Shown here: positions 1 through 12,546 of the stretch, piece by piece
Layout of the letters: each line of letters begins with the position of its first letter
Numbering within the stretch: the stretch's first letter is position 1
Source of the DNA: Salisapilia sapeloensis CBS 127946
Taxonomy: Eukaryota; Protista; Oomycota
Assembly (NCBI GenBank): GCA_023334545.1
Contig: JAADVB010000069.1
Location: 10,599 to 74,598 of the forward strand
Direction of reading: 5' to 3'
Length of the DNA: 64,000 nucleotides
Made by a program: the position numbers and the translations under genes
The notes under the pieces: model-generated
Database searches by the model: none
Seen by the model: only the letters and a program-made list of their open reading frames with translations
What the model was told of the DNA's origin: nothing

Positions 1-185
1 ATCTCGTGCGTTGGATCGAAAGGGTGCACTTCTTCCACCGTAAACTGCTGCTCCCCGTCCGACTCGGGCGTCACGACATGAAGCTTCTCACCGTCATCTT
101 CGACGACAGTTCCCAATTGCCATACGTGCTTCGTATCAGGACACCAGACCTTCTCGCCTTCTCGTCGAGGTACGCGAGTAGCCAT
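1..185 (-). CDS. Myosin heavy chain, N-terminal SH3-like segment (partial, runs off the window start)
   Basis: Not in the ORF track. Manual translation from ATG 185: MATRVPRREGEKVWCPDTKHVWQLGTVVEDDGEKLHV...EVHPFDPTHE. The VWxPD..VW and HPFDPxH pattern is typical of the segment just before the motor domain in oomycete myosins. Confidence 0.72.
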   Translation of the reverse strand, partial: MATRVPRREGEKVWCPDTKHVWQLGTVVEDDGEKLHVVTPESDGEQQFTVEEVHPFDPTHE

Positions 186-313
186 GCTTCACGAAGGAGA
201 TACAGGAATGAGGATGGAGGCTGTCCGAGAGGCTCGAATGATACGAAGCTAGGTGTGCGATGGGTTCACTCTTGTACCCAATCACACGAGTGAAAGACAA
301 TTTTGACAGTATC

Positions 314-326
314 CGATTGGTAGAAA
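314..326 (+). promoter_or_regulatory. CCAAT-box-like element (CGATTGGTAGAAA) in the myosin/TTL divergent promoter
   Basis: GATTGGnnGAA motif between two divergent ATGs (185 and 363); the same motif recurs at 21733 and 49128. Confidence 0.45.
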
Positions 327-362
327 TTGTACTGGACAACAAAAATCGGACACGAATTAACA

Positions 363-1736
363 ATGAGCTCCAAGGGTATCTCGGACCGACTTGTTGGACC
401 TTTTTCATGGGAAGATGATGAGCGTGCAACGGATTTAAAGTACAGGATGCTATTGGCAAAAACAGAGAATGTATACACGTCGAATTTGGTTGCAAAAGTC
501 AATGTACCGAGCCGGTATGTAGCTCCATTGGTCCGCAAGGCATTTGCATCTCATCCAGCGTTCTATGAAACTATCGGTCGGAAAGACAAGACCACCAAAT
601 ATAACCTAGTGGTACGTATATGATCTAATGATGCTTTTATTCAAGTCAATGTATCTCTAAACTTTATCAAATAGTGGGATGAGTACGAGAATCTCGACTG
701 GCAGGCAGTGCTCAATGGTTCTGTCATAGCCAACTCCTACTGTGTACGTAAAGGTCTTTCTCGAAAGGCTCAGCTAGCGCTATACCTCAGCAAGCACATG
801 CAGAAGAAACCTGCTTCCATCTTGACCAAGTCGTTTCCTAAGACGCTTATAATCGACACGTGGGAAGCATACGATTCTTCTCTCGCAGCGCTAGGCATCC
901 CGTTCCGGCAGAGACTAGACTCATGCTTGTGGGAAGCCAAGGAGAAAATCGAAACTGATCCGACTCAAATGTGGATTCTCAAGCCTAGCGCTACAAACAA
1001 GGGCGCCGAAGTATGCGTGTTGAATACATTCAAGGAGCTTCGATCATTTATCCATGAATGGACGGACATTCGAGAATGGGTTCTTCAAGCATACATCTCC
1101 AAGCCACTACTACTGCAAAATAAGCGCAAGTTCCATCTGCGTGTTTACGTACTTGCTGTTGGCTGTCTTAAAGTATACATCAGCACCAACGTGCTCATGC
1201 TGAGCGCGTTGGAAGCCTATGATACGGAAAATTATGCCAACAAGTTTGCTCACGTATCCAACACTTTCCAACAGCAAAGCCATCCGGACTTTGTAGAGGA
1301 AGAGTGCGTACTTCTACTCGATGACCTCAATGAGACGCTACGTGAGTGTGGCCACGACCCTTCCACCGCCAAGGCGAAGATCTTGGACGACATTGGCCTC
1401 ATCGTTCATGACTCGTTCGAGGCACTCAAGGGAGAGTTCTCGGTCTTCCAGCCTCTTCCAAACTGCTTTGAGGTGTATGGAGTGGATTTTATGATCGACG
1501 AAGACATCAACACGTGGCTTCTGGAGTTCAATCCAGGCCCGGACTTTAAGCAGACTGGTGGGAGACTCCAGGGCGTGATCGAGTGCTTGATGAAAGACAC
1601 GCTGAGTATCGTCACCGATCACTTCTTCCGACAGGATGGGCAGCAAGTAGAGAGCGCAGGTGCTTATCGTAAAGTGTACGACGAGCAGTGGGGTGCTCAA
1701 GCGAAAGAAGGCGCTTCAATGAAGTTGCTAGATTAA
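363..1736 (+). CDS. Tubulin-tyrosine ligase family ATP-grasp protein (TTL/Pby1-like)
   Basis: Two exons joined by intron 612-674 (GTACGT...ATAG), giving KYNLV-WDEYENLDW. Motifs WILKPSATNKG, RKFHLRVYVL and FEVYGVDFMID...WLLEFNPGPDF. Confidence 0.85.
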
Positions 1737-1773
1737 CTTCAAATACAGTTTTGACGATTGAAAGAGACTTGTA

Positions 1774-4700
1774 TTAAAAGAACTGAGCAGCTTTTTCATC
1801 TGCTTCTCGAAGATACGAAGTCGTTGCGGACGATAGGAACGAGACTCCTTTAACGGCAGATGAAAGTAGACTGGACCCAGCTCCAGAGATGAGTGATCCA
1901 CGCTCATCAGCTCTTCCGTCTCGATCACTTTCTTCAAATAGTGAAAAGTCATTGCCGGAGGAACCTTGTGCAAAGTAGTTGCTCGTCACGTCGTTCGAAG
2001 AGGAACGTCGTTTCTTGAGCTGTCGCTGTCTTTGTGGCACTGGAAGCAATGAAAACCGAGGAACAGGCTCTGCAATTGTTACTCCCGTCACGTCATTCCG
2101 CGATGAAATTACAATCGGCTCTCCTTCTACACTAGCAGTCAGTAGGCGTGTATAAAAGCATAAGGAGGTAGGTACCTATCTCGCTAATGTCGTTCGCTTC
2201 AGACAAGGATGAAAAGAGCAATCGACTGCGTCGGAACTGAGTCACGACGTTCTTTACGACTTGTGGACCATAAATCTCCCAGTCGACTGGATCGACAAAG
2301 TCTCCAACGCGGTCAAAAAGTCTTTTGAGGCTTTTTAAACTATCACTTACATCATCCTCATCAATTTCGTCGCCCCAGCCGAACCGGACAAAGTCAGAGT
2401 ATCCTAATGTCGCTCGAACAAAGTACAAGTCAAAGAGGAACTGGAGACCACATCTCTCTCCAAAGTTGAGACCAAGAGATCTCACTTGAGCCTCCTTGGC
2501 GGACTCTAATCGATCCACAGCAGCGTGGTACGTCTCTGCACTTTGGAGAGTCATTTGTTCCAACAGTGTTTCTCGTACTAGTCGCTCCATAAAGACGAGC
2601 TGCGTGTCATCTACAGACGATCGCCGTAGTTGGTAGTATGCTTCATCCAGAGCAAAGCAACAGAAGAAGAGGAAGGACGAGACGTTTGGCGTCTCTCGAT
2701 ATGGCAGCCATACTTTTTCTTCTTGAGATGGTCCATCCGATGCTGTACCCTCATCCAAGTCCGACAGTTCATTCTCTTCATCTTGTGCATCGTCTAGTGA
2801 AGCAATAGTGAATTCATCCCATCCTTCATGCAAGTTCACCCATTCCTACGTGACAAGAAGTAGTTATGAGTTTTTCATAAGAGTGATAGAAGTATAGTGC
2901 CTACCTCATTGGATAACGAGTACTCTTCGAGCTGAAGCAGTGCATGCAACGGCTGAATTTTCGAATGTACAAGTTCTTTGGACCATTCCTGACAATACGC
3001 TTTTGCTAGCGATTCAAATGTATGGATGAACACATCTGGATAGACATGCTTGTCCACAATTTGCGTTACGAAGAAGAAGGAGTGAAAGCCAAAGGACTGT
3101 TTCTCTCGAATCTCTTCTTCCAAGAAAGCTGGTAGACTGCTTTCTCCATTCGCCTGCATCCCTTCCATTGCCTTTCGTAGCTCTTTTCTTTGCAATCTTC
3201 CATTAACACTCTTTTCAATCGACTCAAAATGACGTTCAGAATGGTCCAAACCGCTCTTTTTTCCTCCTTCTGCTGCCGCTGGAAACAGTAACTTCCTTCG
3301 CTCTGACGTAAGTCCACTAGCAACTGCTCCAATGGCATTCGTAGCTCTCAAGTACGTCATCCTACTTCCGTTTGCGCTCGATAGAAGTTTCTCTTCGAGA
3401 AAGATAACAAGCCGAAACACTGCTCGCATCAACTCTTCCGTCATCACACTCTGCACTTCACTTGATTGAAGAGCTTCAGCACTTTGATAGATAGATGTGA
3501 ACGTATCGTAGAATCCCGTGCGAGTAAAATCTTTCCGGACAGTCGAGTGGAACAAAAGCTCTTCAAACTCTGTCTCGAGTGTCGATACAGCGTCACTGAA
3601 CGTACTGCGCACGAGCGTTCGAGCTCGCTGCCGAAAACACTGTGCAAGTAGAATGGAAAAGAAAGGGGAAGAAGCTTTGCGGTAGGGAGACGACGGTGGT
3701 GTCAGCTGGAGGAAGAGTTGTCTAGATGGAGATGAAGCGGGCGGCTCTTGAACTTCCAGCTTAGTTTGACAGGATGCAAGTGTTGCGATGGAATCGATAC
3801 GAGTCAGTATCACCTGCGCCTTATCTTCGATCTAGTATTCGTGTTAAGCAAAGGCATAAAAGGGGTTGGAGAAGGGCATACCATAGACTGTTGACTTGTA
3901 AGCCATTCCTTCATGGCATCAACCAGTTGATGATTTGTAAGTCTTTCATAGGAAGCTTCTTTCATGTCGGAATATAAAAGAGCTTGGTGTCCATCCTTTG
4001 TCTTATAAAAGATCTCCACGACGTCGTAGAAAGTAGAGATGACGGACCGAACGAGTAAGTTTAACGCAGACAAAACACTTGGCTTTTTGCCTGTAGTACT
4101 ATCTTCCTTTCGTCCAAACCATTTTGCACGGGACTGAAGAAAGAGGTCTAATAAGGATTGCGTCGAAAGATAAGTCGTCGGCTCCAGATGAGCCACAGCT
4201 ACTAGACATCCACTGTAAAAAGCACTCGGCTGTCCTCGTACTTCCAAATACGCTTTCGATCGTGTCACTAGGGTCTATCATTTAACGTTAATACAAGTGT
4301 AGCTACTTTCAACTACGAGCATACCTCTTTCAAGCGTTGTAATGAAGACCACTCGGTCTCTAGGAAAGGCGAAGTATCTCCATGATGCACCTTGGCATAC
4401 ACTGCTTGAGCTTGTTGGAACGTCGTCATAGCTTTAAGCATTTCTCCTCTTTCTATGAAATCCCATATCTCTTCACTAGCATTGACAAGGAGCTGGATAC
4501 TGCTGTGCCTGTCATTATGCTGCAAATCGTTGTTTGAAGGACTTGCTGTTGGCGTCGGAACAGAGATCGGAGTGGTTAAAGCTGAGTGAAGTGTAGATTG
4601 CACTTGTTCCCATCGAGATGGCATTTCTTGTAAGGACTGCTGCAGCTTCATAGCAGAAGAGTGCATGGATACGATTTGGTCCGCAGACTCGATCAGATCA

Positions 4701-5010
4701 CGATACCGCACTCCGATCATCGTCTGCATTTCCTTCGTTTTGTTCTTCTTTTCACGTCTATTGATGAATACAGCGTTAATAGATATATCATATAGCACTA
4801 AAGCATAGAAATTGCTTAATGGTAGCAAAAGCATTGATTATTAAAGAGATACACTCCCTTATGGGCGATTAAGAGTCCCATGGACAAGCTCAATCTTTAT
4901 TTAGCTTTCAAATTGTAGGCATAACATTACCTCGTTCGTTCCAGCAATACCTTTGCATCAGCAACGGACATTTGCTGTAGATAATCATCCTCAACAATGA
5001 CGTTCTCCAT
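1774..5010 (-). CDS. COG1: Conserved oligomeric Golgi complex subunit 1 (multi-exon)
   Basis: Exons at 4313-4834, 3810-4268, 2875-3813, 2132-2839 and 1774-2091. N-terminal EMQTMIGVRYRDLIESAD is the Vps51/COG1 signature; GLQFLFDLYF and DPVDWEIY occur near the C-terminus. ATG at 5010 (MENVIVEDD). Confidence 0.8.
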
Positions 5011-5136
5011 CCTCGGTCTCGCCCACGCTTCGGACGTGTTTTGCGTGTTATGCAAAATAGTCAAGCGGGTATATTATACACTCTTTGTACAATTTTGGTA
5101 TAGAATAAATATAGTGAAGGATATAAATAGCGGGAC

Positions 5137-6740
5137 ATGAATCACGACATGAAAAACTCGTTTGGAAAAATGGAGGAGCCATCGAGTGAACCGCCGTTAT
5201 TCGAGAGTTTACGGAGTCCAACGGCTAGTACAAATGTACTGGCTGGTACCAACAAACGATCGGTTTGTTTATATCTATACTATACGAATGAAAATGCACT
5301 TACTGACCTAATTATCGAAATTTTCCCTATATTGTCCACTTGGAAATGGTCAACGATGCAAATCACATATAGTCAATTTCCACAGAAAGCAGCGAAGGTT
5401 CTATGGGAGATGAACCTGCCACGAAAAAACCTCGGATCGTCTCGGCATCCGATTACTGGACCAAAGACCATTCGCAGCAAATTGAAGATAGTACATGCTT
5501 GTCTATGCTGCTCTGAGATAAACTGTACTCACCAAATATAATTCAGTTAAACTTCAGGAAATGCTGCGGTATCTGCGAGCCTCTAGAGCGTTCTACGATC
5601 TCCAGTACCAGATGAAGCGACCATCAGCAATTCTCAAGCTCAAGCCCAATCCAGTGGGTGTCATCCACAAGATCGTACTTTTCTTACTTTTAACCATACA
5701 ACTAGTTTGGCTTTCGACCCAATTCAACATTCGACGCACTGGCAGCACTCACATCTCCCCTTCGATCAAGACAAGTGCTTGGTATTATCTATATGTGCCC
5801 CCTAGTTGCTGAAAACTTGACGTTGGTACAGACGACTGGACGCCATTGGAAATCGGGACATTTGAAGAAGCCTTTGATCGTTTCGGCAAAAACTTTCATG
5901 CAATTGCGGGCCATGTAAATTTTACTGTATATATTGTATCTTGTATAGCGATACTCAGATGAAAATTAGTTGAAGAACAAAACTGCACACGAAGCTATCG
6001 AGTTTTACTACATTTGGAAAAAGTATCGACGCACAGGCAGCGAAAGTGATGATCTACCACTAGATGATGATTTCTTACCCGAGCCGGATCCAGGGATGAG
6101 CTCGGAAGTCTACGCTTTCTACGTCAACCTCACCCGTATGACCTGCCCACATCTATCATTTATGTCATTCTCATAAAGGAACAGGGCGACAAGCGTGTAT
6201 ACGAGAGTATTTCGATGCAGCGAGGAAGCTGAGCGGCCCTGTCCCTCCACGCCACCCGCATCGCATCGTATCATCTTCCTCCGTCGTATCTGCGCTTGGT
6301 CTCCGTCCTCCTCCTGGACTCCGACCGACAATTCAAAAGAACTCTCTATTACGCCAGTCTACTGTCCTTGGTACGCGTTTCTCCTATACACTTCATACCT
6401 CTTTATTTACTTGTTTGAAGACAACTGGACACCCTTTGAAATTCGTATCTTCGAAGCTGCCATCGAATGCTTTGGCAAACAATTTCACCTCATTGCACAG
6501 CAGGTAGTATACTTGTATCAGCGTGTAAAGAAACCTAGGTTGATTCGTACATGATAGATCGAAACGAAAAATTGTGCCCAAGTTGTCGCTTTCTACTATG
6601 TGTGGAAGAAAGATCCACAGTATCGGATCGTCAAGAACCGATGGGATAAAAGCGACAGTCGGAAGAATTCGCCTGATGCAACAGCTTTGGATGAAGCGAC
6701 ATCGACAGTCGTTCCGGATAAGACAGACGCATCTATATAG
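5137..6740 (+). CDS. Protein with two SANT/Myb-like repeats (ELM2-SANT corepressor type), multi-exon
   Basis: Spliced repeats DWTPLEIGTFEEAFDRFGKNFHAIA...KTAHEAIEFYYIWKK and NWTPFEIRIFEAAIECFGKQFHLIA...KNCAQVVAFYYVWKK; stop TAG 6738-6740. The 5' exon structure is approximate. Confidence 0.7.
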
Positions 6741-6759
6741 ATGTTTCGATTCATTTTCT

Positions 6760-8379
6760 TTAACTCTCATCCTTTTCATCCCTCCTTCCATCTGCACCGT
6801 GTCCAAAATTCTTGCCAAAGAACATTTCCTTGTCAAAGTCACTCCCGATGAATTGTGCTTTATCCACTTTGCGTGCCTTGTCGATCAATTCTTGTGCTTC
6901 TAATCGATGCGCCTTTTGCTTGGCACTACTCTCGTCTCCACCACATCCATACACTTCCATACTGTTGATCGTAAAGCGTTTCTTTTTCGACAAGGGACCA
7001 GAGACAAAGGTAAAGCCTTTGGAAGAGGCATAGCAGTCTTCATCCAGGTCTTCACCAAGAAATAAACGAAAGTTATCAATGGTACCACCCATACCGAGAC
7101 CATTCGGCAGCTTGACACCTTTTGTGTGAATGTACATACTACCGGAGCTAGCGGATGCAATGGGGTAGATGGAAAGTGACTGGTGTAGTTGGAAGAGGAA
7201 GCAGCCACTGCCGCCGAAGAAAGTGGTTGAGGTCTTCCACTCTTCATCACAAAACATTCCAAAGACAGCTATACAGAACAATTTAGCTTTAAAGGGACTA
7301 GGAGGTTATGGAAGCTTACCTCCATCGGTGTCTTGGATAATGAAGAGGGTGGGACCAGAGTAACCGAGGATGTGGTAGCAAAGGCGATTGAAAGAGAGTC
7401 CGTCTTTGGATGTTGTATAGATGCGATCGATAGGACGCTGCAATGCTGTTGTCACACTTGATAATGCTAGCAACTGGGGTCTACATATACTAATTAGCAC
7501 CAGAAGTGAAAAGGTGGTTGGGTGGTAAATGTACCTCGTTAGCACTTCTGAAGACGCGTCAGATTCAGGACAAGTATACTTTGGATTGCTTTGCTCCAAA
7601 CATTTACTTGTAACGCACTGTGCAACAACAGAGTAGAAGAGTGGGAACTGTCGATCACAGTACTTGACAAAAGCGTCTTCTTGGATCTCATTTTCGTTCC
7701 CGTTGATGCTGTTTAACTGAGCAGACTGGATCGCAGCGTGACTCATTTGGTGGGCAACTTGCTCCCACTCTTTGGACTGTGAGTCGATAGGAGCACTTTG
7801 GTTGGCAGCAAGAAGCCAGAAGAAGAATAGAGACGGGAGGGTAGATGAAGATAGTACGTCCTTATCACCGGAGAATAGGTGGAAGAAAGCTCTTGTCACG
7901 GCTTGAGACGACGCTCGGGTGAGTTGAGACACTCCTTTAACAAAGTCGTCTCTATCCATACTTTTGCTATTGTTGTCAGGGTCTTCCAATAACTTTTGTC
8001 GTTGGCAGTGCTGGAAGAAATTATTGCCCATCGACTGAATCGATTGTGCTATGTCAGAAGGCGTATCTGACGGCAAGGGTAGCTCAAGCCATTTCTGCAA
8101 CTATTCGTTAGTACCTACAATGCAATCTTCTCATGGATGTAAGGTTTTGAACCTGTAACTGCGCTTGGATGGCGTCTACCTTTGGAACCGAGCAGATTTG
8201 ATCGTATTTGGCAGCAATTTCATCATATTCCTACTCATAAAATAAAGGATAGTGCGTCAACTCACGCTCATACAATTTGCAGTTCATAGGTTACAATCTC
8301 AACGTACATGATCGCTAAACGGTCCCTTCCAAGCCTTGCTCTTGGCCGGAGAAGCTCCATGACTCGCCATATTCCCCAT
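6760..8379 (-). CDS. TLDc domain protein (MEAK7/TLDC1-like) with an N-terminal MG myristoylation-type start
   Basis: Starts MGNMASHG at 8379. TLDc motifs IYTTSKDGLSFNRLCYHILGYSGPTL, FGMFCDEEWK, FFGGSGCFLF and MEVYGCGG; C-terminal KARKVDKAQF...DKEMFF tail. Confidence 0.8.
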
Positions 8380-8535
8380 TTTTCGTCTTTGTTGCAATTG
8401 TACCATCTACGTACCGTTCAAGAAATAAAAGAAAAAGAGAACGTAAGATTTCGATGCTCGATGGCAACTCAACTCTAAGTACTACTCTTTGTAGCCTCTG
8501 TATTTGTAAGTGACAGTGCATTGCAAGCCTCCTAC

Positions 8536-9630
8536 TTATAGGGTCATAAACCAGTCTCGAGTTTCGGCAATCCCGCGAGCAAAGTCATACTCGGCGTCGA
8601 AGCCGAGCTTGGTACTCGACTTCACCTTGCTGCAAACGCTTTCTTTCACGTCACCTTGACGATAGGCAACGTGAGTGATCTCAGCGGACGAGCCGAACTT
8701 TTCCTTGACTTTCTGTGCCACCTCATTAATCGAAGTCTTGACTCCGGTGCACACGTTAAAGACGTCAAACTCCTTGTCTGGCAGCAGCATGGCCGTTCGA
8801 ATGGCACGAGCAACGTCCTTGACGAAGACGAAGTCACGGTATTGCTCGCCATCTCCCGTCACCTTGATCGTTCCGTTCGTCTTGGCCTGGTCCATGAACC
8901 ACGAGACGACACCAGAGTAGTCCGAGTTCGGGTCTTGACGAGGTCCGTAGACATTAAAGAAGCGGAGAGCAGTCGATGGTAGTCCAAATCGTCGGTTGTA
9001 CTCGGCCATGAGCTTTTCCATATCGAATTTCGTCGTCGCGTAGGCACAGATACCGCCCTTGGCAGAGTCCTCTTGGAGTGGAATGTCCTCTGGCTCTGGG
9101 ATACCATACGTGGCACCGGAAGAAGCGGCGACGACACGCTTGACACCGTTCTGGAGTGCCCAGTCGAGGACTTTGCGACTGCCACCGACGTTGATCCGCT
9201 CGTACTTTTCCGGCAAGCGCGTGCTCTCTTCGACAGAGATGGCAGCTGCCAAGTGGACAATGTAGTCGATCTTGTGCACGACAAAGTTGTAGTCGTCCAC
9301 CTCGGTAATGTCTTTCACGAGGATGGCAGCCGTGTCGCGATTAAAGTTGCGACCATTGCTCATGTCGTCGTAGATGACGACGTGGAAGCCATTGTCAACC
9401 AGGTCCTCCACGACATGACTGCCGATAAAGCCCAGGCCTCCTGTAACCAATACCGTCGGCTTGGTCACGACTGCTTGGTACGAGTTCGTGTGTAGCCCAG
9501 AAAAATCATATCCACGACCTAGGATGGATCCTAGTAAAAAGAGGAAGATGGCTCCTAGGAAGACGTATCCTCGCGGGAGTAGCATCCATCCATTCGCATC
9601 TGCAATTTGCTTTTTATTTGAACTCGACAT
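8536..9630 (-). CDS. NAD-dependent nucleotide-sugar epimerase/dehydratase (extended SDR) with N-terminal signal anchor; intronless
   Basis: GxxGxxG (VTGGLGFIGSH), HLAA, SSGATYG, YxxxK (YATTK), LRFFNVYGPRQDP and GDGEQYRDF; hydrophobic stretch GYVFLGAIFLFLLGSILG near the N-terminus. Confidence 0.88.
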   Translation of the reverse strand: MSSSNKKQIADANGWMLLPRGYVFLGAIFLFLLGSILGRGYDFSGLHTNSYQAVVTKPTVLVTGGLGFIGSHVVEDLVDNGFHVVIYDDMSNGRNFNRDTAAILVKDITEVDDYNFVVHKIDYIVHLAAAISVEESTRLPEKYERINVGGSRKVLDWALQNGVKRVVAASSGATYGIPEPEDIPLQEDSAKGGICAYATTKFDMEKLMAEYNRRFGLPSTALRFFNVYGPRQDPNSDYSGVVSWFMDQAKTNGTIKVTGDGEQYRDFVFVKDVARAIRTAMLLPDKEFDVFNVCTGVKTSINEVAQKVKEKFGSSAEITHVAYRQGDVKESVCSKVKSSTKLGFDAEYDFARGIAETRDWFMTL

Positions 9631-10242
9631 GCTCCTTATCTGCCACCTCGAGTGCCTAGTTTGAAATGACCTCGGATAGAAGACTCCCCACTTTGCATGC
9701 ACATGACTGACGTCTATTTAATTGGGCTACATGATAGATACGTTTCACTTACGGGTGCTTGGCTGCTGCTTCAGAAATACGGTCGTCGAGTTAGATGTTT
9801 CTACACCGATATGAACCGAATCTCAGGAGCTACTTGCATGCACGTAAACGTTAGAAAAGGATCGGTTGGTCGGTCGCAACCGGTAGCAAGGGCAAGTGAC
9901 CTATTGCAATCCTAGGTCAACTGATAATGCCGGAGCACATGCCTTGAAGTTGAGTGCAGGTTCAACAACTGGAGCCTGCGGCATCCACTCGAGTGTGATG
10001 ACAGCACATCCTTTGCTCCACCAGAGGATGCCTGCCCTGCTCATCGAATGTTCCTCCACGTCTGTTATATGGCACCCATCTCACCTACGTCGGAGAAAGA
10101 TAACGAAAAAGTAAAGAAAGCAAATTTGCAATCTCTTTGTTTTATGCCTCTGAGAGGTAGCATGTCGAGGTCGCGCTAGATCGCGCCTTTCATATCCTTC
10201 TACCTCCAACAAAAACTTCTTCTACGCCCAAAACAATGCGAC

Positions 10243-12546
10243 TTACTGCTGCGGCGCCACAGGAGCAGCAATGTCCTCACGAGAAGGCACCTTGCTGTCC
10301 GTCGGAACGTTCAGCAGACCGCGGCCGTGGTTGATGCTCATAAAGAAGTCACCGAAGACTAGCGAGATGATCGCCATGAGCTTCATCAAGATGTTGAGCG
10401 CTGGGCCGGACGTGTCCTTCAACGGGTCACCGACCGTGTCACCAATGACAGCGGCCTTGTGGATCTGGCTGCCCTTGCCTTGGACAATGAGCTTGCCCTC
10501 CTTGTCCTCGACGGACACGCAGCCCTTCTCAACGTACTTCTTGGCGTTGTCCCACGCGCCACCAGTGTTCGACTGGGAGATAGCGAGCTGGACACCAGAC
10601 GTCAGGGCACCGACGAGGAGACCAGACACGGCGTGGACACCGAGGAGCGCACCAGTGAGGATCGGGGACAGCATCACGAGCAGACCAGGCGGGATCATCT
10701 CACGCAGAGAAGCGTCCGTCGAGATCTTGATGCAGCGAGCGTGATCCGGCGGGCCGTGACCGGGGAGACCTTCAAGGAGACCCGGGATCGTGGCAAACTG
10801 GTGCTTGACCTCCTTGACCATCTCCATGGCGGCAATACCGACCGACTTCATCGTCAACGCCGTGAACCAGTACGGAAGCATGGCGCCCATGAAGAGACCA
10901 GCAAAGGTGATCGGAGACAAGATGTTGATCTGCGTCTCCTCAATACGGGTGACAAAGCCACCGAAGAGAGCAAGAGACACTAGAGCAGCGGAACCGATGG
11001 CGAAACCCTTACCAATAGCAGCAGTGGTGTTACCAGCAGCGTCGAGGGCATCCGTTTTGTCACGCACTTCAGCCGGGAGCTCAGCCATCTCGGCGATACC
11101 ACCAGCGTTGTCACAGATAGGACCGTAGACATCGATCGACAGGCACGTCGCGAGCGTACCGAGGAAGCCGAGAGCAGCAAGGGCGACACCGTACATGCCA
11201 CCGATCGAGAAGCCGACGTAGACGGCAATCGAGATGACCGAGATCGGGATGATAGCGGACTTGTAACCGAGGGCGAGACCGTAGATGATGTTCGTGGCAG
11301 CACCAGTCTCACAGGACTGAGCGACCTCACGCACCGGCTGGTAGCTGTGCGACGTGTAGTACTCGGTTACAAAGCCGACGATGCAGCCACCCCAGAGACC
11401 AACGGCAATGCAGACCACAGCCTTGATCGGCGTGCAGTGGTAGACACCAGCGATGATGAACTCAGACGGGAGCATCCAGAGCGCAACCGGGAACATGGCA
11501 GCGGTCATCACGGCCGTGGACACGAAGATCTGGACCTTGAGAACAGTCTCAACGTTCTTCTCTTCCTTGACAGGCCAGATGTGGGTCGCAAGGAAGCTCG
11601 TGATCGCCGACGAGAAGATACCACTCGCCGTAATGGCGAGCGGGAAGAGCACACTCGGCCATCCGCCAGCAATAATCTCTTCACTCTGGGTGGAGATCAC
11701 AAGGGCAGCGCACGTGGACTCAGCCAACGAACCGAAGAGGTCCGATCCCATACCAGCAACATCACCGACGTTATCACCGACATTGTCAGCAATGGTAGCA
11801 GGGTTACGCGGGTCATCTTCCGGGATGTTCTCAACGACCTTACCGCTCAAGTCGGCACCGACGTCGGCAGCCTTGGTATAAATACCACCACCAACACGTC
11901 CGAACATGGCGATGGACGATCCACCTAACCCGTATCCGGCAATGGCTTCAAAGAGGTCCTTGGAGTTCGTGTCGAGCGAGTATTGCTTCTCGAAGAGGAC
12001 GATGAGCAAGTAAAGCACGAGGAGGGCAATGGACGAGAGACCGTAGCCCATGACACCTCCGGCACGGAAGGCCGTGTTGAACGACTCCTTCCATCCCTTC
12101 GAGCCTTCGTGCATAGCTTCAACGGTCGTACGGGCGTTAGCGTAGACGGCGACCATCATACCGAGGTATCCCGAGGCCATGGAGGTGAGACCGCCGACAG
12201 CAAAGGCCGTGGCGTTGAGGGCACCGAACATCCAGTCAAAGGTCTTGTCCTCCTTGTTCACAAAGGCCGTGAGGACAAGGACGATTCCACCAAAGACGAT
12301 GATGAAAGCAAAGCAAAGCGTGTATTCAGCCAAGAGGAAGGCACGCGCACCTTCTTGGATGGCCGTAAAGATCTCATAGAGACGCTCAGCAGTTTGTGCG
12401 CGCGTGTCGGACGAGAGAAGCGAGTAGTTTTCACCGCGCTTGGTCACCTTGACGCGGGACACTTCAAAGAAGAGGTAGCCGGCGAAGGCGAGACCGAAGA
12501 CACCGGCCGTAACAATGTAGATAAAGGCACCAAAGTCGGCCGCCAT
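10243..12546 (-). CDS. Membrane H+-translocating inorganic pyrophosphatase (vacuolar type), intronless
   Basis: GGIYTKAADVGADL, DNVGDNVGD, EYYT, DVYGPICDNAGGIAEM, GNTTAAIGKGF and DTVGDPLKDTSGP motifs plus many TM helices. The first ATG is at 12546 (the ORF track starts at an upstream GTG). Confidence 0.96.
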   Translation of the reverse strand: MAADFGAFIYIVTAGVFGLAFAGYLFFEVSRVKVTKRGENYSLLSSDTRAQTAERLYEIFTAIQEGARAFLLAEYTLCFAFIIVFGGIVLVLTAFVNKEDKTFDWMFGALNATAFAVGGLTSMASGYLGMMVAVYANARTTVEAMHEGSKGWKESFNTAFRAGGVMGYGLSSIALLVLYLLIVLFEKQYSLDTNSKDLFEAIAGYGLGGSSIAMFGRVGGGIYTKAADVGADLSGKVVENIPEDDPRNPATIADNVGDNVGDVAGMGSDLFGSLAESTCAALVISTQSEEIIAGGWPSVLFPLAITASGIFSSAITSFLATHIWPVKEEKNVETVLKVQIFVSTAVMTAAMFPVALWMLPSEFIIAGVYHCTPIKAVVCIAVGLWGGCIVGFVTEYYTSHSYQPVREVAQSCETGAATNIIYGLALGYKSAIIPISVISIAVYVGFSIGGMYGVALAALGFLGTLATCLSIDVYGPICDNAGGIAEMAELPAEVRDKTDALDAAGNTTAAIGKGFAIGSAALVSLALFGGFVTRIEETQINILSPITFAGLFMGAMLPYWFTALTMKSVGIAAMEMVKEVKHQFATIPGLLEGLPGHGPPDHARCIKISTDASLREMIPPGLLVMLSPILTGALLGVHAVSGLLVGALTSGVQLAISQSNTGGAWDNAKKYVEKGCVSVEDKEGKLIVQGKGSQIHKAAVIGDTVGDPLKDTSGPALNILMKLMAIISLVFGDFFMSINHGRGLLNVPTDSKVPSREDIAAPVAPQQ

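Noticed and set aside
8646-9664. Multiple overlapping ORFs across the epimerase gene
   Set aside because: Alternative-frame and antisense artefacts of a GC-rich CDS.
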